The notes under the pieces: generated by a model
The model's input: the letters and a program-made list of their open reading frames with translations, nothing else
The model's database searches: none
What the model was told of the DNA's origin: nothing
Part shown: positions 36,401-49,632 of the stretch, piece after piece
How the letters are laid out: the number at the start of each line of letters is the position of its first letter
Numbering within the stretch: position 1 is the first letter of the stretch
Assembly (NCBI RefSeq): GCF_018977255.1
Contig: NW_024704742.1
Coordinates: forward strand, 22,012,001 to 22,076,000
Direction of reading: 5' to 3'
DNA: 64,000 nucleotides
Origin: Callorhinchus milii
Lineage: Eukaryota
Position numbers and translations under genes: made by a program

Positions 36401-37039
36401 ATACGAAATTGTTGCATTCCAGAAATTCTTGTAATTACTTACAATATAAAATTGATTGTTGCCTTGCATAGCAGAGGCTTCATGCTCTATCCTGTGACGG
36501 GAGTGGGCGCTCAGACTAAGATATATTGTAGAAGCCTCTATTGGAGGGAGGTGTCAAGGCCTCCCACCTGTCACAGGCTAGGACGGAGGTGGGCAAGGCC
36601 CTCCAATCGATCAGAGGCCTCTGCCTTGCATCTGCGCATTAACGCTCAACATCTGCTGAGTGCCCACATCAGTCACAGCACCCACTGTGGCCCGGGAGGA
36701 CCTCGCCTATCTCGCCGAATCCATATGACTTGTCACTGAGCTCTTTTCCCTTTGAGTGATGAATTATCAGAAGTTTACAGTAGTTCTTTAAAAGAATTAT
36801 TGTACGAAGCCCACGGTCTACTATTCTTTCACACTCACCCTGCTCCTAAAGAATGTCATTCTAATAATCACTCGATGGGCAGTGTGATACATGTTCTACC
36901 ATTTTGCACCAATCTTGAGATTCAGTATTTTGTCACTATATATTGATCTGATATGTCCACAAGGATGCTAAAGATCCCATGACCTTCTTTGATTAAAAGT
37001 GAGTTTCTCCAAATTTCCTGGCCCCCAATCCTCCAGATG

Positions 37040-37440
37040 ACTAGGCACAGCTCTCAGGAGGGATTGGACAAATTACAGGTTTTCATTCCGAAGTTAAGAT
37101 GATTGAGAGAGGACATCATAGAGATATGAAATAGATTCAATAAGGTGGTCACTAACACGCTGTTTCCACTTGTTGATGAGTCCAAAATGAGTGCAAAAAT
37201 ATAATATCCCGTAGGGAGTTTGCGCGGAAGCTGGTGAAAATGTGGAACTCACTGCCAAAAGCTGTGATTAAAGCTGAAAGCACCAATGTATTTAAGAGAA
37301 AACTTGATACATACCTGAGAAATAAGGGAAAAGATGGAGGACTTGGAGGGGTGAAAGCTTAAGTGGAGTATAAATTCTGGCACAGACTATTTGGGCCAAA
37401 TGCCTGTTTCTGTGCGGTAACATTCTACGTAATTCTAAGT
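37040..37440 (+). mobile_element. CR1 LINE 3' end inserted in an old SINE
   Basis: GTGGAACTCACTGCCAAAAGCTGTG (WNSLPKAV), FKRKLDTYL, 3' UTR GGCACAGACTATTTGGGCCAAATG. Confidence 0.8.
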
Positions 37441-39021
37441 AATATATTGGTCATTCACATCATGGCAGTGCCTTGGGACGTCCTCCCGACATGAAAGACG
37501 CTATGCAAATGTAATCTTGTTGTTGTTGTTGTTATTGGATGTTTGCTGCCCTGTTTGCCTATAAAACGTCCCTTACACTTGACATAAATCACCTATGAGG
37601 CAATTTGAGAATGTTATCTAATGATCCACTATAAAAATAAGTTTTTCCAAGAAAAAAGAACCATCGAATTCACGTTATCTGCATACCTGCAAAGGACAAT
37701 GGAGGTTAGCAAATTATGGAAGGAGCAAATTTCAAGCACTCGATATAAATAACACAACAGTAGATACGAATTAGTGCAGCCAAATCCATACAAAGCCATG
37801 TGGATTGTAAGCAATATAAGCAAATTCCTGATATTGTATTAATTTTAGGGAGAGTTGGCTCTTAAGCAAAGATGCAGCAAGTTGTGGAAGCAGGACAAAG
37901 ACTGAAAAATCAATGACATTTCAGTAGGAGCCAATAATATATCTAAAAAAGTACATCTCCAGATTTTTATTGTTTACCACCTTACAAAACACACACAAGC
38001 TGTTACAATCTCTGACACTCAAACCTGCAATGACCTGCTTTGTCAATTTCTCCGTCTTCCTGCCAGGAAGCAGCTGCCTCTGCCTCAGGTGACTCAGCCA
38101 GGACCGAAAATTCACAACGCGATTTAATTTGCCATATCCTCAAACAGGATTCAAAGCACTAATTGCAAATTCCGTTCGCTAATATCAAGAGCCGTCTAAT
38201 TTGTAATGTTCCCACATTTATTGGTGAACTGCCAGTTTTGAAAATCAGCAAATTGTGGAAATATAAGCCAGAGAGAAAAATGTCATCGAGTCACTTTGCT
38301 CTGACATGTATATTTTACACTTTGTTGCCTTTTGGAAATCAAAATTGACAGGTTTCAAATCTTGTGTAATAGACAGCTCTCGATATTTGCAAAGGGTGGT
38401 GAAACTTTTGTGGCTGTGGCAAATTACCCTTACACCTTCATTTCGCCCAAACATATAGTCAATGCAATTTATGATATATTCTCTGAAGTGCTTTGAGATG
38501 TCTCAATGATTTGGTAAAGCGCTACATCAAATGCAAAGATTATTAATATTATGATTTTGGGGGAATGGTGGATGTAGAGTTGTATCCCACTGATCTGCAT
38601 CCCTGCACATCTCAGTCTCTGCAAAATGAACATCCTTAAAAGTGCTCTTAAAACTAACACAAACACGGTGAGCAGCAGTGACACTGCTGGTCAGCCAGAA
38701 AACAGCAAGAGTAAAAGATAAAGGATTTGTTAATCCAAAAAGCCATTCAGTGGCACAGAGTATTGATGTCAATATGACAAACGCTAACTAAGTATGACAA
38801 AGTGGATTATTGCTGCATTGTTCTCCCAGTATTCTTTATTGCAAAGCCATTTGTTCCCTGGTGACCTAAAGGAATTGCGGTGGATTGATGTGAAGGAGAG
38901 CCAGATAACCATTACACCGGTTTATTTTGTTCTGTATTATATTTATTTATTTATTTTGCAACAAAAGTGGAACTTTCTGCTGTTGCAAAAAAGTTATTCT
39001 GCTGGATGACAAAACTTGATG

Positions 39022-39310
39022 TATAATAACCCTAGCATTTGATATAGCACCGTATCACATCATTGAGATGTCTCAAAGTGCTTCACAGGATACACTATAA
39101 AGTGTTGTGACTGTGTGTTTTGTGGGCGAAACATGGCAGCCAATTGCAAGCAGCCAGTATCCACAAACAGTCGTGGATTGAATGACCAAATTATTATTAT
39201 TTTGGGGGGATTATTACTCCCGGAAAACGATTCGCTGATCAACTAACAAGCGGGTTCCTACTTACTGCTAGGTAAACAGAGGTATGTGTGTGGAGTAAGG
39301 AAACTTGCAA
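39022..39310 (-). mobile_element. Deu-SINE long subfamily, abutting a plus-strand CR1 3' UTR (~39310-39440)
   Basis: Antisense tail, core and internal segment; then GTGGAGTATAAACACC...GTTGAGTCAAATGACC. Confidence 0.8.
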
Positions 39311-40038
39311 GAGGGAGAAGAGGAGAGAGGGGTATAGGAGAGGGGGATAGGACGTACGGAGACTGGTGTGGAGTATAAACACCCGCACAAACTAGTTGAG
39401 TCAAATGACCTACTTCGGTGCTGAACCACTCTATGAAACTTTCTGTGACAGGTCGGGTGGGATTTCAGAAGTTTCCAGAGCTGCTCCTGGCCTTCCATTC
39501 ATTAAATCAACCACAAATACAGTCATTACACTTTGCTGAAATGTTGTGAAGTGCTTTAAGATGTTCTCAAAGTTATAGGTGCTATATCAAATTTTATTAT
39601 TATGATTAATAATCTTTATTATATAAAACTCCCCAGATATGATAGCTTTTCTCACATAGTTTTGGATGCAGAATTGTCGACTGTTTATGGCGACACACTG
39701 CTGGTTCCCAGAATTTACATTTAAAAGCACAGTTGGCATGCAGTAGACTTAAGTTCCTAGAACAGCCAGAAATACCCCGACTGAATACTCAACTCAAACA
39801 GCTACATGTCGGCCTCTAGTGAAAGTGGACACTGCACCCGATGCCATAGCTGTTGTATTAGAAACATTTCCATTGTCTTTTTTTCCCCTTTTGTTTTTAC
39901 TTAGTTAGAAAATTAATGCATAGATATAATCATTGGTATTGCAAGTATAATAACCCATCTGTCTGATGTGCTTCTCCTTTCTGCTGGTGAGCTGATCCAA
40001 GTCCAGCATGAGTGTAAGGTACAGTAAGTGTTGCTCTT

Positions 40039-40170
40039 CATAGAATCATAGAATTATACAGCACAGAAGGAGGCCATTCAGCCCATCGTGTCTGTGCCGG
40101 CTCTTTGAAAAGAGCTATCCAATTCAATCCCACTCCCCCACTCTCTTTCCCCGTAGCCCTGCAAACTTGT
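40039..40170 (-). mobile_element. CR1 LINE extreme 3' end
   Basis: CATAGAATCATAGAAT...GAAGGAGGCCATTCAGCCCATCG; same sequence at 44655 and 58150. Confidence 0.85.
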
Positions 40171-40422
40171 TGTAGGAACGTGGCAAATAGAAACTGTCAA
40201 AAATATCAATCCCAAATATATCAATCACATATATATCAACCGCCCTACAGGAACTCCACTCCGATGTGATCTACTTCCATAGCAAACGTCCCGTGGGATG
40301 GGTGACAGGATTACCAGCATTAGTTGCTATATGCTGTCATTTATTATTTTCATTCAGGTAATCTTATATTTTGTTTCCAATAATTTGTTCCATTACTTGT
40401 TTCAATCGTTGAAGCCAGGATG

Positions 40423-40635
40423 ATAATAATAATAATAACAATGATCCTTGCATTTGATACAGTGCCTTATCACATCGTTGAGATGTCTCAAAACGCTTCA
40501 GAGAGTATATTGTAAATTGTTTTTTGTGGGCAAAATGCGACAACCAATTGCATACAACAGTGTTCCACAAACAGTTGTGGATCGAGTGACCACATTTTTT
40601 TTTGAGGGATTAATATCCTGGAAAGTGATCCGGGA
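40423..40635 (-). mobile_element. Deu-SINE 3' half
   Basis: Antisense tail and Deu core. Confidence 0.8.
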
Positions 40636-40639
40636 TAAT

Positions 40640-40810
40640 GGGTTGCAATTGATAGCTGTGGCTCCGTCATCTTTCTTGAATATGGAAACCAAGGTTTCTT
40701 GCTTCCAGTCTGTCAGAAAGTCCCCAGTGTTCATTTCCCCCTTCAATATGTATGTCGGTACTTCATAAATTTCCTCCCTTGTCTCTCTAAATACCCTGGG
40801 GCATATGTCG
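40640..40810 (-). mobile_element. CR1 ORF2 fragment just upstream of the RT core
   Basis: ORF 40498-40872 contains DICPRVFRETREEI...TGDFLTDWKQETLVSIFKK...NCNPLS, a decayed form of DGIHPRVLKE...GEVPEDWK.ANV.PIFKKG...NYRPIS. Confidence 0.8.
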
Positions 40811-42119
40811 TTGAACAGATGGAAAAATGTGATGATTCTGAACACATTCAAATGCACATTCAAAAAACACATTACTGAGTAGAAATTCCATCTGAGTCTA
40901 GATTTTATTAATGTGCCATTTCAGGGCGTCCAGAAATTGTAAAATTCTCAATTACAGTTTTTACTTTTGAAGCTGCTTTTCGGTAAGTTCTTTTTAAAGC
41001 TTGCGGGTTAACAGGGGCTGAGTGGAAAAAGTCCCTGCCCTCAGTGACTGGTCTGTCTTTCCAAGTCTTGTTGTTCAGCCAGGCCTACTTGGCGGTCATC
41101 AGCAATGCCCTGTAATACTGCAGAATCGCCTGGCTCAAGAACTGGACTATCGAGACTGCCACAGAGGGCCAGCTCGATTCTGACATTCGGTTACCGAACA
41201 TGTCACCTTGGATTCAGTTCAGCCCCAAGGAGACCCCGTTTATTCCCTCCCCCCAAGGAGGATAGTCACAAAAGACCGAAGAGACTTTCAAAGACAGAAT
41301 TCAACAATTTAGCAAATTCACTCCACAAGTCAATGCTAATAAATCTCGACCCAGGTGGAACTTGTACCCACAAATCTGTTAAGGAACAATATAATGTTTA
41401 GCCCTTTGTTCTTATTAAAGTGCATTGTTGGCACTGATGTCTTTTGTTGCAATGGCACTGTGCAAAAATTCATTCTTATTTGCCATGACAAAATGCCAAA
41501 CACAGCAATGGCATTTTATTGTGTCAGGACAGGAGATAACTGATTGAGCCTCATCGATGGACACCAATTAATCTGAGTCCGGATAAACACATTAACCCAC
41601 CTCCTACAGAGCAGCGCGAACGTCATGGGCTTTCTCTCCTCCTTCCCCCTCTCCTTGTCTTACTCCCCAGAGAGTTTCCTCTTATATTTAGTCCAGTTAT
41701 ATGAATAGTTTGGTTTATTGAATAATTTTCACTGTCAAATTGAGTATTGACTGAACAAAATGTCACTGTGGCCCACATTCAATCCTTTCTGATCCTGAGC
41801 CTGTTTCCTGAATAATGGATCAAACTTCAACTTCCTGTATTCTCTATTGCATCAGCTTGTGAGCCTGTCTTGAAAAGGGCTGCAGTGTTGCTAAAAAGCT
41901 TGTGGTCCTTAGACTGACTATTACCTGCTACTTAATTGGAATGAATACTTTCACAAAGTATAATTGAAAGATTTAGTCACTGTTTACTCGAAGTGGTTTC
42001 CATTAGTCTGTGATGTATTTTACTGCTAGTGCTCATAAACTTAAAGGGGAACTGTATTTAAGACACTTTGTATTATTCCAAATTGGTGTCAGATTCATAT
42101 ACAAATGCACTGAACTAAT

Positions 42120-42510
42120 GATAATCCTTGCATTTGATACAGCACCTTTCACATCAGGAGTTCATCTCAAAGCCCCTAATGGGATTTACTGTAAAGTATT
42201 TTGTAGGCAAACAGGGCAACCAAATTTATACAAAACAATTCTATTTGAGGGATTGTTGGCCAGGACACCAGGAGAAACTCCCTTCTCCTTTTCCAATAGT
42301 CCAATGGAATCTTTAACATCCATCTGAACAAGCCGACAGTACCTCAGTTTAATGCCTCATGCAAAGGACAGCACCTCCAACAATACAGCACACCCACAGC
42401 ACGGCATTGGAGTGTCAGCATAGACGGTGTGAGTTCATAATTCTGACACGGAGATTGTATCCACAACCTTCTGACTCAAGAGACAAGAGTGCTACTAACA
42501 GAGCCCGAAT
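42120..42510 (-). mobile_element. Old Deu-SINE (SacSINE1-like), near full length
   Basis: Same layout as 25836-26260; another partial copy at ~42695-42890. Confidence 0.8.
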
Positions 42511-44654
42511 GACAGCTACCTACCAACACTCTGAATCGTCAGTGATACACTTCAAACATTATTCCAAGACTAAACTGCCTTGATAACCATATGGACAAAT
42601 CCAAATTCTGAATCCTTAAAAATATGGCCACTGTCTCCCCCCAATAGTACATGTTCTCCCATAAGGGAATGCACAGCAGGTTTACTGCACTTCATAGTAA
42701 TCCTTACCTTTGGTATAGCACCTTTCACTTTAGGAGGACGTCTCAAAGCGCTTCACAGGATATACTGTGAAGTGGAGTGACTGTGCATTTGGTGCACAGC
42801 AATGACCCACAAATAGCCATGAAGTGAATGATCAATTTTATATTTGGGGGGATTGCTGGCCAGAACACCAGGAGAAACTCCCTTCTTTATTTACCTTGAT
42901 TGTTCTGTGGAGACTAACCGCCAATATGAATTTTGCATATCAACACATATCAAATCATATTTATTTATTCAGTTGAAAAAATGATATTTCACCACTGAAT
43001 AAAATTCTTTGAGAACTGTAGCGGGAGAACCAATAACATTCAGTTCATGATAGCAAAGGAGTCCAGACAATCACTGTATCCAGTGTTGGCTATATTGTGA
43101 ACAATTAAATCTAGTTTTAATCTAATTTTTTTCGGCATTTAAATGATTGTGCATGATGCCAACTCTCAGGATTTATAAGAACATTTGTGTGTGTGTGTGT
43201 GTGTATGTGTGGGGATGGGAGTCGAGAGGATTTGTGATATTTCTATGTGTGTGGTCAGCCTAATGAAATGATACTTAATGTTTGTCAAACTTGTCTATTT
43301 GCAAAGCTTCCACTCATTGAGAAACAATGTTGCACAGCCACTATTAGTTTCCCAAAACAAAAAAAAAGACAGAAAAAAAGAATGTTTGGATGAAAGATCA
43401 AGCATTTGGTGGGCGACATTTCAAATTCCACTTACAGTAACTTCAACTGACCATTAGTGCAGTCCTTATTTGCAGAAGTGAGGCTACCTTATGTTCTAAG
43501 AGTGTGTCCTAGAGTGCTGAAAGGATTAGAAAGGATGAATGTGTCTGCTGCTTAATGATGGGCATCAACTGCATAGACAATGACCATAGACACCAGTAGA
43601 TACCTATCAGATAGCTGATTCATCATTGTGTGTTTCTTTTAAATCATGTAAGGTGACAGGTTAATTACACTTGCAAGAATTATAGGAGGAATAAAACACC
43701 AACACATTTTTTCAGATAGAACGTTAGACACTCAACAGCCATATTAAGTCCCACAAGAATGCATCAGGCTCTTCAATGCAATGGTTTGCCTACACATAGT
43801 CACTACTCCTTACAGTAAATTCTGCAAAGCTCTTTCGACATTGTGATAAGGTGCAAAATCTACTGCCAGAATTATTATTATAACTTAAACACAATTCTAT
43901 GCGAGTATAGTTACAAAACGTTGCCAAAGCTGCTATTGCAAAGTATGTTTTAATTGACGTTTCATTGTTCAGGCAGGGTGGTGGCATGTCTAGCTGCAGT
44001 TCCATTACGTTGTAAAATAAGCAGTGAAGCTTAGGTTTCATCTAATGCACAGATCCACACTTGATGAATTTGCAATGGGAAACATGTCACGTGGATTAAC
44101 TCCAGAAAGGACAGAGGGAACATGAGTTCAGTCACCCAGGGACATTGGTAGGAATCTCGTAGTGACCAGCAGAGACCTGGGGGGAGAGGGGAGAGATCCT
44201 TCAGCTCTTTGCTCCCCTGTGGAATGCTTGTGGCATGAGGAGACCAGGGAAGAGGAAAAGGAGGACGAAACTAATCAAATAAATTACAAATGAAAGTTTC
44301 AATGCTTCAGACAATATTAATATTTTAGGAATGTAGGAGCAGGAGCCATTTGACCTGTTGAGACAGTTCTACTGCATTATTAGATCATGGCAGCTCTTTG
44401 TCTTTTTAATCCTATTTTCCCGCTCCTTCTTCATATCCCTTAATGCCCTTACTTCCCAAGTATCCATCTATCTCCCTTACAGCTGCTAAGTAAGGTTTCT
44501 AAGACAACCTAAGGCCTATAGATTGGAAGCATAGGGACAGGAAATGGAGAAGGATGGTATTTGAGTTGGAGGTCAGAGATGGAGAAGAAAGATAATTAAA
44601 TCTTCAGAATGAATAGGCTTGAAGTGAATCAGCCTGCATTGTAAGCACTCTATT

Positions 44655-45365
44655 CATAGAATTATAGAATTATACAGCACAGAAGGAGGCCATTTGGCCC
44701 ATCGTGTCTGTCCCGGGTCTTTGAAAAGAGCTATCTAATTCAATCCCACTCCCTGCTCTCTTTATAAAGGTTTATCATAACTTCCTGACTTTTGTATTCT
44801 ATGCCCCTATTTATAAATAGGATCAGGAGTCCCGTTGCTCAGTGGTTAGAGCACTCGCTTTGCAAGCGAGAGACCTAAGTTCAATTCCAGGCAGAGGGCG
44901 AAACCTTGGGCAAGTTTCCTTACTCCACAGAGCCTAATAATAATCCCTCCAAAAAACCCAAAACAATAATAAATTGGTCATTTTCAATCTACAACAGTTT
45001 GTGGGACATTGCTGTGCGCGATTGGCTGCCGCGTTCGCCCACAAAAAAAATACAGTCAATTCACTTTACAGTGTGTTCTGTGAAGCGCTTTGGGACGTCC
45101 TCCCAATGTGAAAAGCGCTATATCAAATGCAAGGATTATTATTATTATAAAGCCTAGTATCCTGTATGCATTTTTGTAACAGCTTTATCTACCTGTCCTG
45201 CCACATTTAAAGATTTACTGATATGAACCCTCAGTTCTCTCTGTTCTTTCACCCCCTTTAAGATTCTACCATCAGCTTATATTGCCCCTCCTCATTCTTC
45301 CTTCCAAAATGCATCACTTCGCATTTCTTCACGTTAAACTTTATCTGCCACTTGTCTGCCCGTTT
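44655..45365 (-). mobile_element. CR1 fragment split by a young SINE
   Basis: CR1 3' end at 44655; TGTATTCTATGCCCCTATTTATAAA before the SINE continues as TTATAAAGCCTAGTATCCTGTATGC...CCAAAATGCATCACTTC...ATCTGCCACTTG after it. Confidence 0.8.
44826..45148 (+). mobile_element. Deu-SINE, short (young) subfamily, full length
   Basis: GGAGTCCCGTTGCTCAGTGG head through (TTA)n tail. Confidence 0.92.
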
Positions 45366-48109
45366 TACCCGTAAAATGGGTACTCGACTGGTAATATTGA
45401 ACCCAATATTGCAGGGCAAGTTTGCAGTTACTCACATCTGTATGCCTCCAATCAGAAAAACGCCACTCTAATGCACAGCGATGGGTTGGAATACGTTGAA
45501 GGTTAACAGATATTGCAACATTCTTCTTTACAGTCTAGTATTAACGGCAACCCAGTGGTTTGCAGGATTGGTGATTGAGTACAATTCATCATGATGTTGT
45601 GGAGGTGATCCACATGCAGCGAGCTCAGAATCTTATGCATAAAATGTAAACAAGAGTCACCCATTTCCTCACCTTTAAATTTGAAGTCAAAGTTATCGCC
45701 CAACTCCTGGTCTTGTAAAAAGTGTTGCGAGCTAGAACCTGGAAGCATTTTGCTGACTTGCTCTCTGTTGGGCATTTGTATGTGTGCTGGTGGTAGAAAG
45801 AGGAGAGAAGGTAACAGAAGAGGGGTAACAGGAACATTATTAGAATATGGTAATTAGAAAAATGCTCGTGTTTAAAATGGTCATCATTTAATACTGTAAA
45901 ATGAAGAAATGAATGGGAAAGGAAGACAACTTATTGAAAAGATTTTGCCAGATATAACTGTAGATCATATTAACTTTACATACTTCTGCAATGTTTCATC
46001 TTATGTCTCATCATGTTGGAGTGTAGGTTGATAACTTTGTTATTTTAGATTGCAATCCATGAGAGTAGCAGAGGTCCCTGGTCTTAGCCATAAGATCATT
46101 GAGTTATAATGTTGGAATGTGCAGAATTTTGAGAAATTCTTCTATTCAGGCTTTACTGTAAAGTGTAGTGCATTTTATAGACAACAAATTGTTGACAGTC
46201 AGTTTCCAAATTAAGCACGGTCTTAAATTATTATTGTAAGATAGTCTCAAGGCTAAGACCATGAGAAATTTCAGAACTCCGATTTCTCATCTAAGATTCA
46301 CGAATCATAAATGTTCCCGTAAACGTTGAAGCATTTCGAATAAAATAATCACAATGTCAAAACAACCCAACCTTTTGCTGCGGTGGAAGTGAGGGGAATG
46401 TATTACTAATCGCACACCTGCATAGTTCAGTGAAAAGAAGTTGTGGAGGTTCAAATCTACAGTTGCCCAGAGGAAAGAATGAGGTGCAGGAAATCAGCAA
46501 GCCAGGGTCAAGGCCGGAAGCTACACATTGTGCTATGAGTAAAGCTTCTATCATCAGTGACTCTGCTGGTACATCTGGTGTGAAACTGTAAATAATGCTT
46601 GTATTTCATTCCACAGGATTGGCGTTTCTTTCTTGTTCCTTCCAAAACAAGGAAATAATAAAAGAGCAGGAGAGGCAATGTTTTACAGCAGCTTTTGATC
46701 TGCTACAACAATCCTGTCACAGTTAAAGGTAAGCAAACAATTCAGATCTCACACTTTTAAAGCTGTGATGTGCTGCATTTAAACAAGGGAACAAACTGTT
46801 CCAGAGGATATGTGACCTGTAACATCTTACAGTGCAGCTGCTCATTTGGGTTGAACCCACAAAGCAGCTGTTCTGAGTTAACAATGACAACCTGTTTACT
46901 CTGATGTTACTGTAGGCAAACTATGCAGACATTGTACCATCAGCTGGAAATTGGATGAGAATAAAAACAATTTGAATCAGATTTATGTAATCACACTGAC
47001 ATGAATGTCTGCTGGATTTAAGACCTAGGTTCTGTCCCTTCCCCCAACAACACACACACACTCCCTCCCCATGTTGGATTGGATTGCAAATACACTGTGA
47101 TCTGACTGATATACTCCATTTAGGATTGATTGTTACGTGAACACCGAGATGTGTGTGACGTACAGTAGATCCAAACTGAATTAGATCTACTTCGTAGATG
47201 AGACATCACACTTAATTTTGCCTACAAATACTCAGTTGCTACAAGCCACAGTAAAATCTTGTGAAGTACTTCGAGATGTTTCGATGATGTGATAAGGCAC
47301 TACATCAAATGCAAGGATTACAACATGGTGCCGAGGCCATAGCTCCTGAGGTTTAAAAATGTGATTTTCTTAACACGAGTTGCAAATAGCAACTCCAAAT
47401 TGTAAATAGTGACTCCAGCCAGGAGCTGGAGATGGGTCATGCTGACACTCGGCCACTCTATTCTGGAACTAGATTGCATCAAACTGAATCATGTTGCACT
47501 ATGTGAATCAGCAGAAAGTGCTGCTGATGTCACTTCCAAAGTGCTCAACGCATCATCATGGTGAACAACCAATAATGCACTGCATAATTGAAATGATTGG
47601 CACTGAATTTAAGAGTAATTCAATCTCCTGATGGCCATAGATTACTCGAGCTTCTTTCCGATGGCTTGTGAGATCATCAGAACTGGTCACGCTAAAGGGT
47701 AAGCAGCTAGAAACAGGCTGTGATCGCTGGATGGAGCAAGACTGCAATTGACGGTAGGGCTGTCTAACATGTGGCTCCAATTTAGGACTATCTACTGTAT
47801 CAATAAGGAATGTATCTGGATATGCCTGAGGCGAAGCCAACAGACACCATTCCTGGTGCCCATGTCCGTGAAGCCAGGTCACAAAATTATTCAACTGCTG
47901 GTTATGGCTTTCATTGAAGTTTGTGTTCAGTAAAAGGTCACAAGCTTGCTAACTAGTAGAAAAATGCCACCACTGGCAAGCAGGAAGGCGAACGGATGAT
48001 CCGGGACTATGGACATCGGCATGAGAAATGGAGCTGCATGAGGGCGGGGGTGGGGGGGAGCAGAAGAAACAAGGTGAGAACCGCCTCTGGCACATCAGGT
48101 TACATTTAA

Positions 48110-48478
48110 TAATGCAATAATAATAATACTTGCATTTGATATAGCGCCTTATCACGTCATTGAGACGTCTCAAAGTGCTTCACAGAATATATTGTAAAGT
48201 GAATTGGCTGTATATTTTGTCGGCGAAACACGGCAGCCAATTGTGCACAGCAATGACCCACAAACAATTGTGGATTGAGTGGCCACATTTTTTTGAGGAA
48301 TTATTAATCCCCTAGAAAGCGATCCGCCAAACTAACAAACCGGTTCCTACATACTGCTAGGTAAACAAAGGCGTGTGGAGTAAGGAAACTTGCCTAAGGT
48401 TTCGTCCCACCTGGGAATTCAACCCGGGTACTCTTGGTTTGTGAGGCTAGAGGGCTGACTACCAAGTTACAGGATTCC
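48110..48478 (-). mobile_element. Deu-SINE long subfamily, full length
   Basis: Tail, core, internal segment and head in antisense. Confidence 0.88.
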
Positions 48479-48794
48479 TACTATAATCGTTATGTTACGA
48501 ATTTCTAAAGTTTAAACCCCATTGTTTTACAGTTCTGCTGGACATCCGAGCCTGAAAGGTTAAGAAATAGTCAGTCCTTGAGAACATAAGAAGGTTAGGG
48601 TATGTGACGCCTGGAGGTACAGATGCACCTTAGCCAGTACTTCTAAGTAGTTCCAGACATTGATGAGCCTGTGCCTGTGCTTTGGTTTCGAAATCCCTTG
48701 ACAGATGGAATGAAAGAAAACTGTTTTTGTTCTTGGGCAATTTATCACCTCAAGGTCTAGGATACAGTTGACATTTCCCCCCTCAGTTATGTTA

Positions 48795-49098
48795 TGCTGA
48801 AACCTTCATACACCCTTTCGTTACATCGAGGCTTGACTTGCAAACTCATTGCTTGTCGGCCTCCCCAACTCCTCCCTCCATAGGCTGCAGATCATCCAGA
48901 ACTCTGCAGCCCCTCTCCTCTCCCGCACCAGGCTCCGTGACTCTATCAGCCCCATCCTTGCCTGACTCTATTGGCTTCCGATCACACAGAGGATACAGTT
49001 CAAGATCCTGGTCCTCCATTTCAAAATCCTCCATGGTCTTGCTCCCCCCTACCTCTGCGACCTCCTAACCCCCTACCATCCTGCTCGCTCCCTCCACT
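48795..49098 (+). mobile_element. L2 ORF2 fragment
   Basis: Broken reading ETFIH.FVTSRLD..NSLLVGLPNSSLHRLQIIQNSAA...LYWLPITQRIQFKILVL.FKILHGLAPPYLCDLL. Confidence 0.88.
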
Positions 49099-49289
49099 TA
49101 GCGGTCCACCATTAATATCGGAGCTTAGTGATCAGCGCATATAGCATGTGGGAGAAATTCTATTTGGATCCAGATTTACTCCACTGTTGTAGCATTTCAG
49201 TCTGTCTATAAATTGGCAAATTCTTAAACACAGCCTCAATTCTGAAGCCAGTTTCCTGTAAGTTCTTTGATTCTTTGAAGTTTGTGTTA

Positions 49290-49632
49290 AGTTCAGTGCT
49301 GGGTGAGTTCTGCATTGTTTGAGGTGCTGTCCTTTAGAAGAAATATTAAGTTGAGGCCCCATCTGCCTGACCAGATGGATTTTAATGATTCCATGGCACT
49401 ATTCAAAAAGAGAAGTTTCTCCCAGTATCCTGGCCATCAATCCTGTAGAATCTAGAGTCTAGATAAAAAAAAACATTCACTTCAAGACTGTTTGTGGGAT
49501 ATTGCTGCGTACAAGTTGGCTGCCACATTAGCCTACAAATACACAGTTTCTAAACTTCACAGTAAATCCTGTGGAGTGCTTTAAGACACCGCAACAACAT
49601 GATAAGATATGATATCAAATGAGAGGATTATT
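49290..49632 (+). mobile_element. Old Deu-SINE (SacSINE1-like)
   Basis: GAGGTGCTGTCCTTT...GAGGCCCCATCTGCC...CCATGGCACTATTC...TTTGTGGGATATTGCTG...TCAAATG. Confidence 0.8.

Noticed and set aside
47556..47894. 112-aa ORF with a faint resemblance to a retroviral integrase, plus a CTGATGA box at ~47675
   Set aside because: No convincing DDE or HHCC motifs, and the CTGATGA is not followed by a paired stem II and GAAA. The same applies to CTGATGA at ~3466, ~35193 and ~59164.
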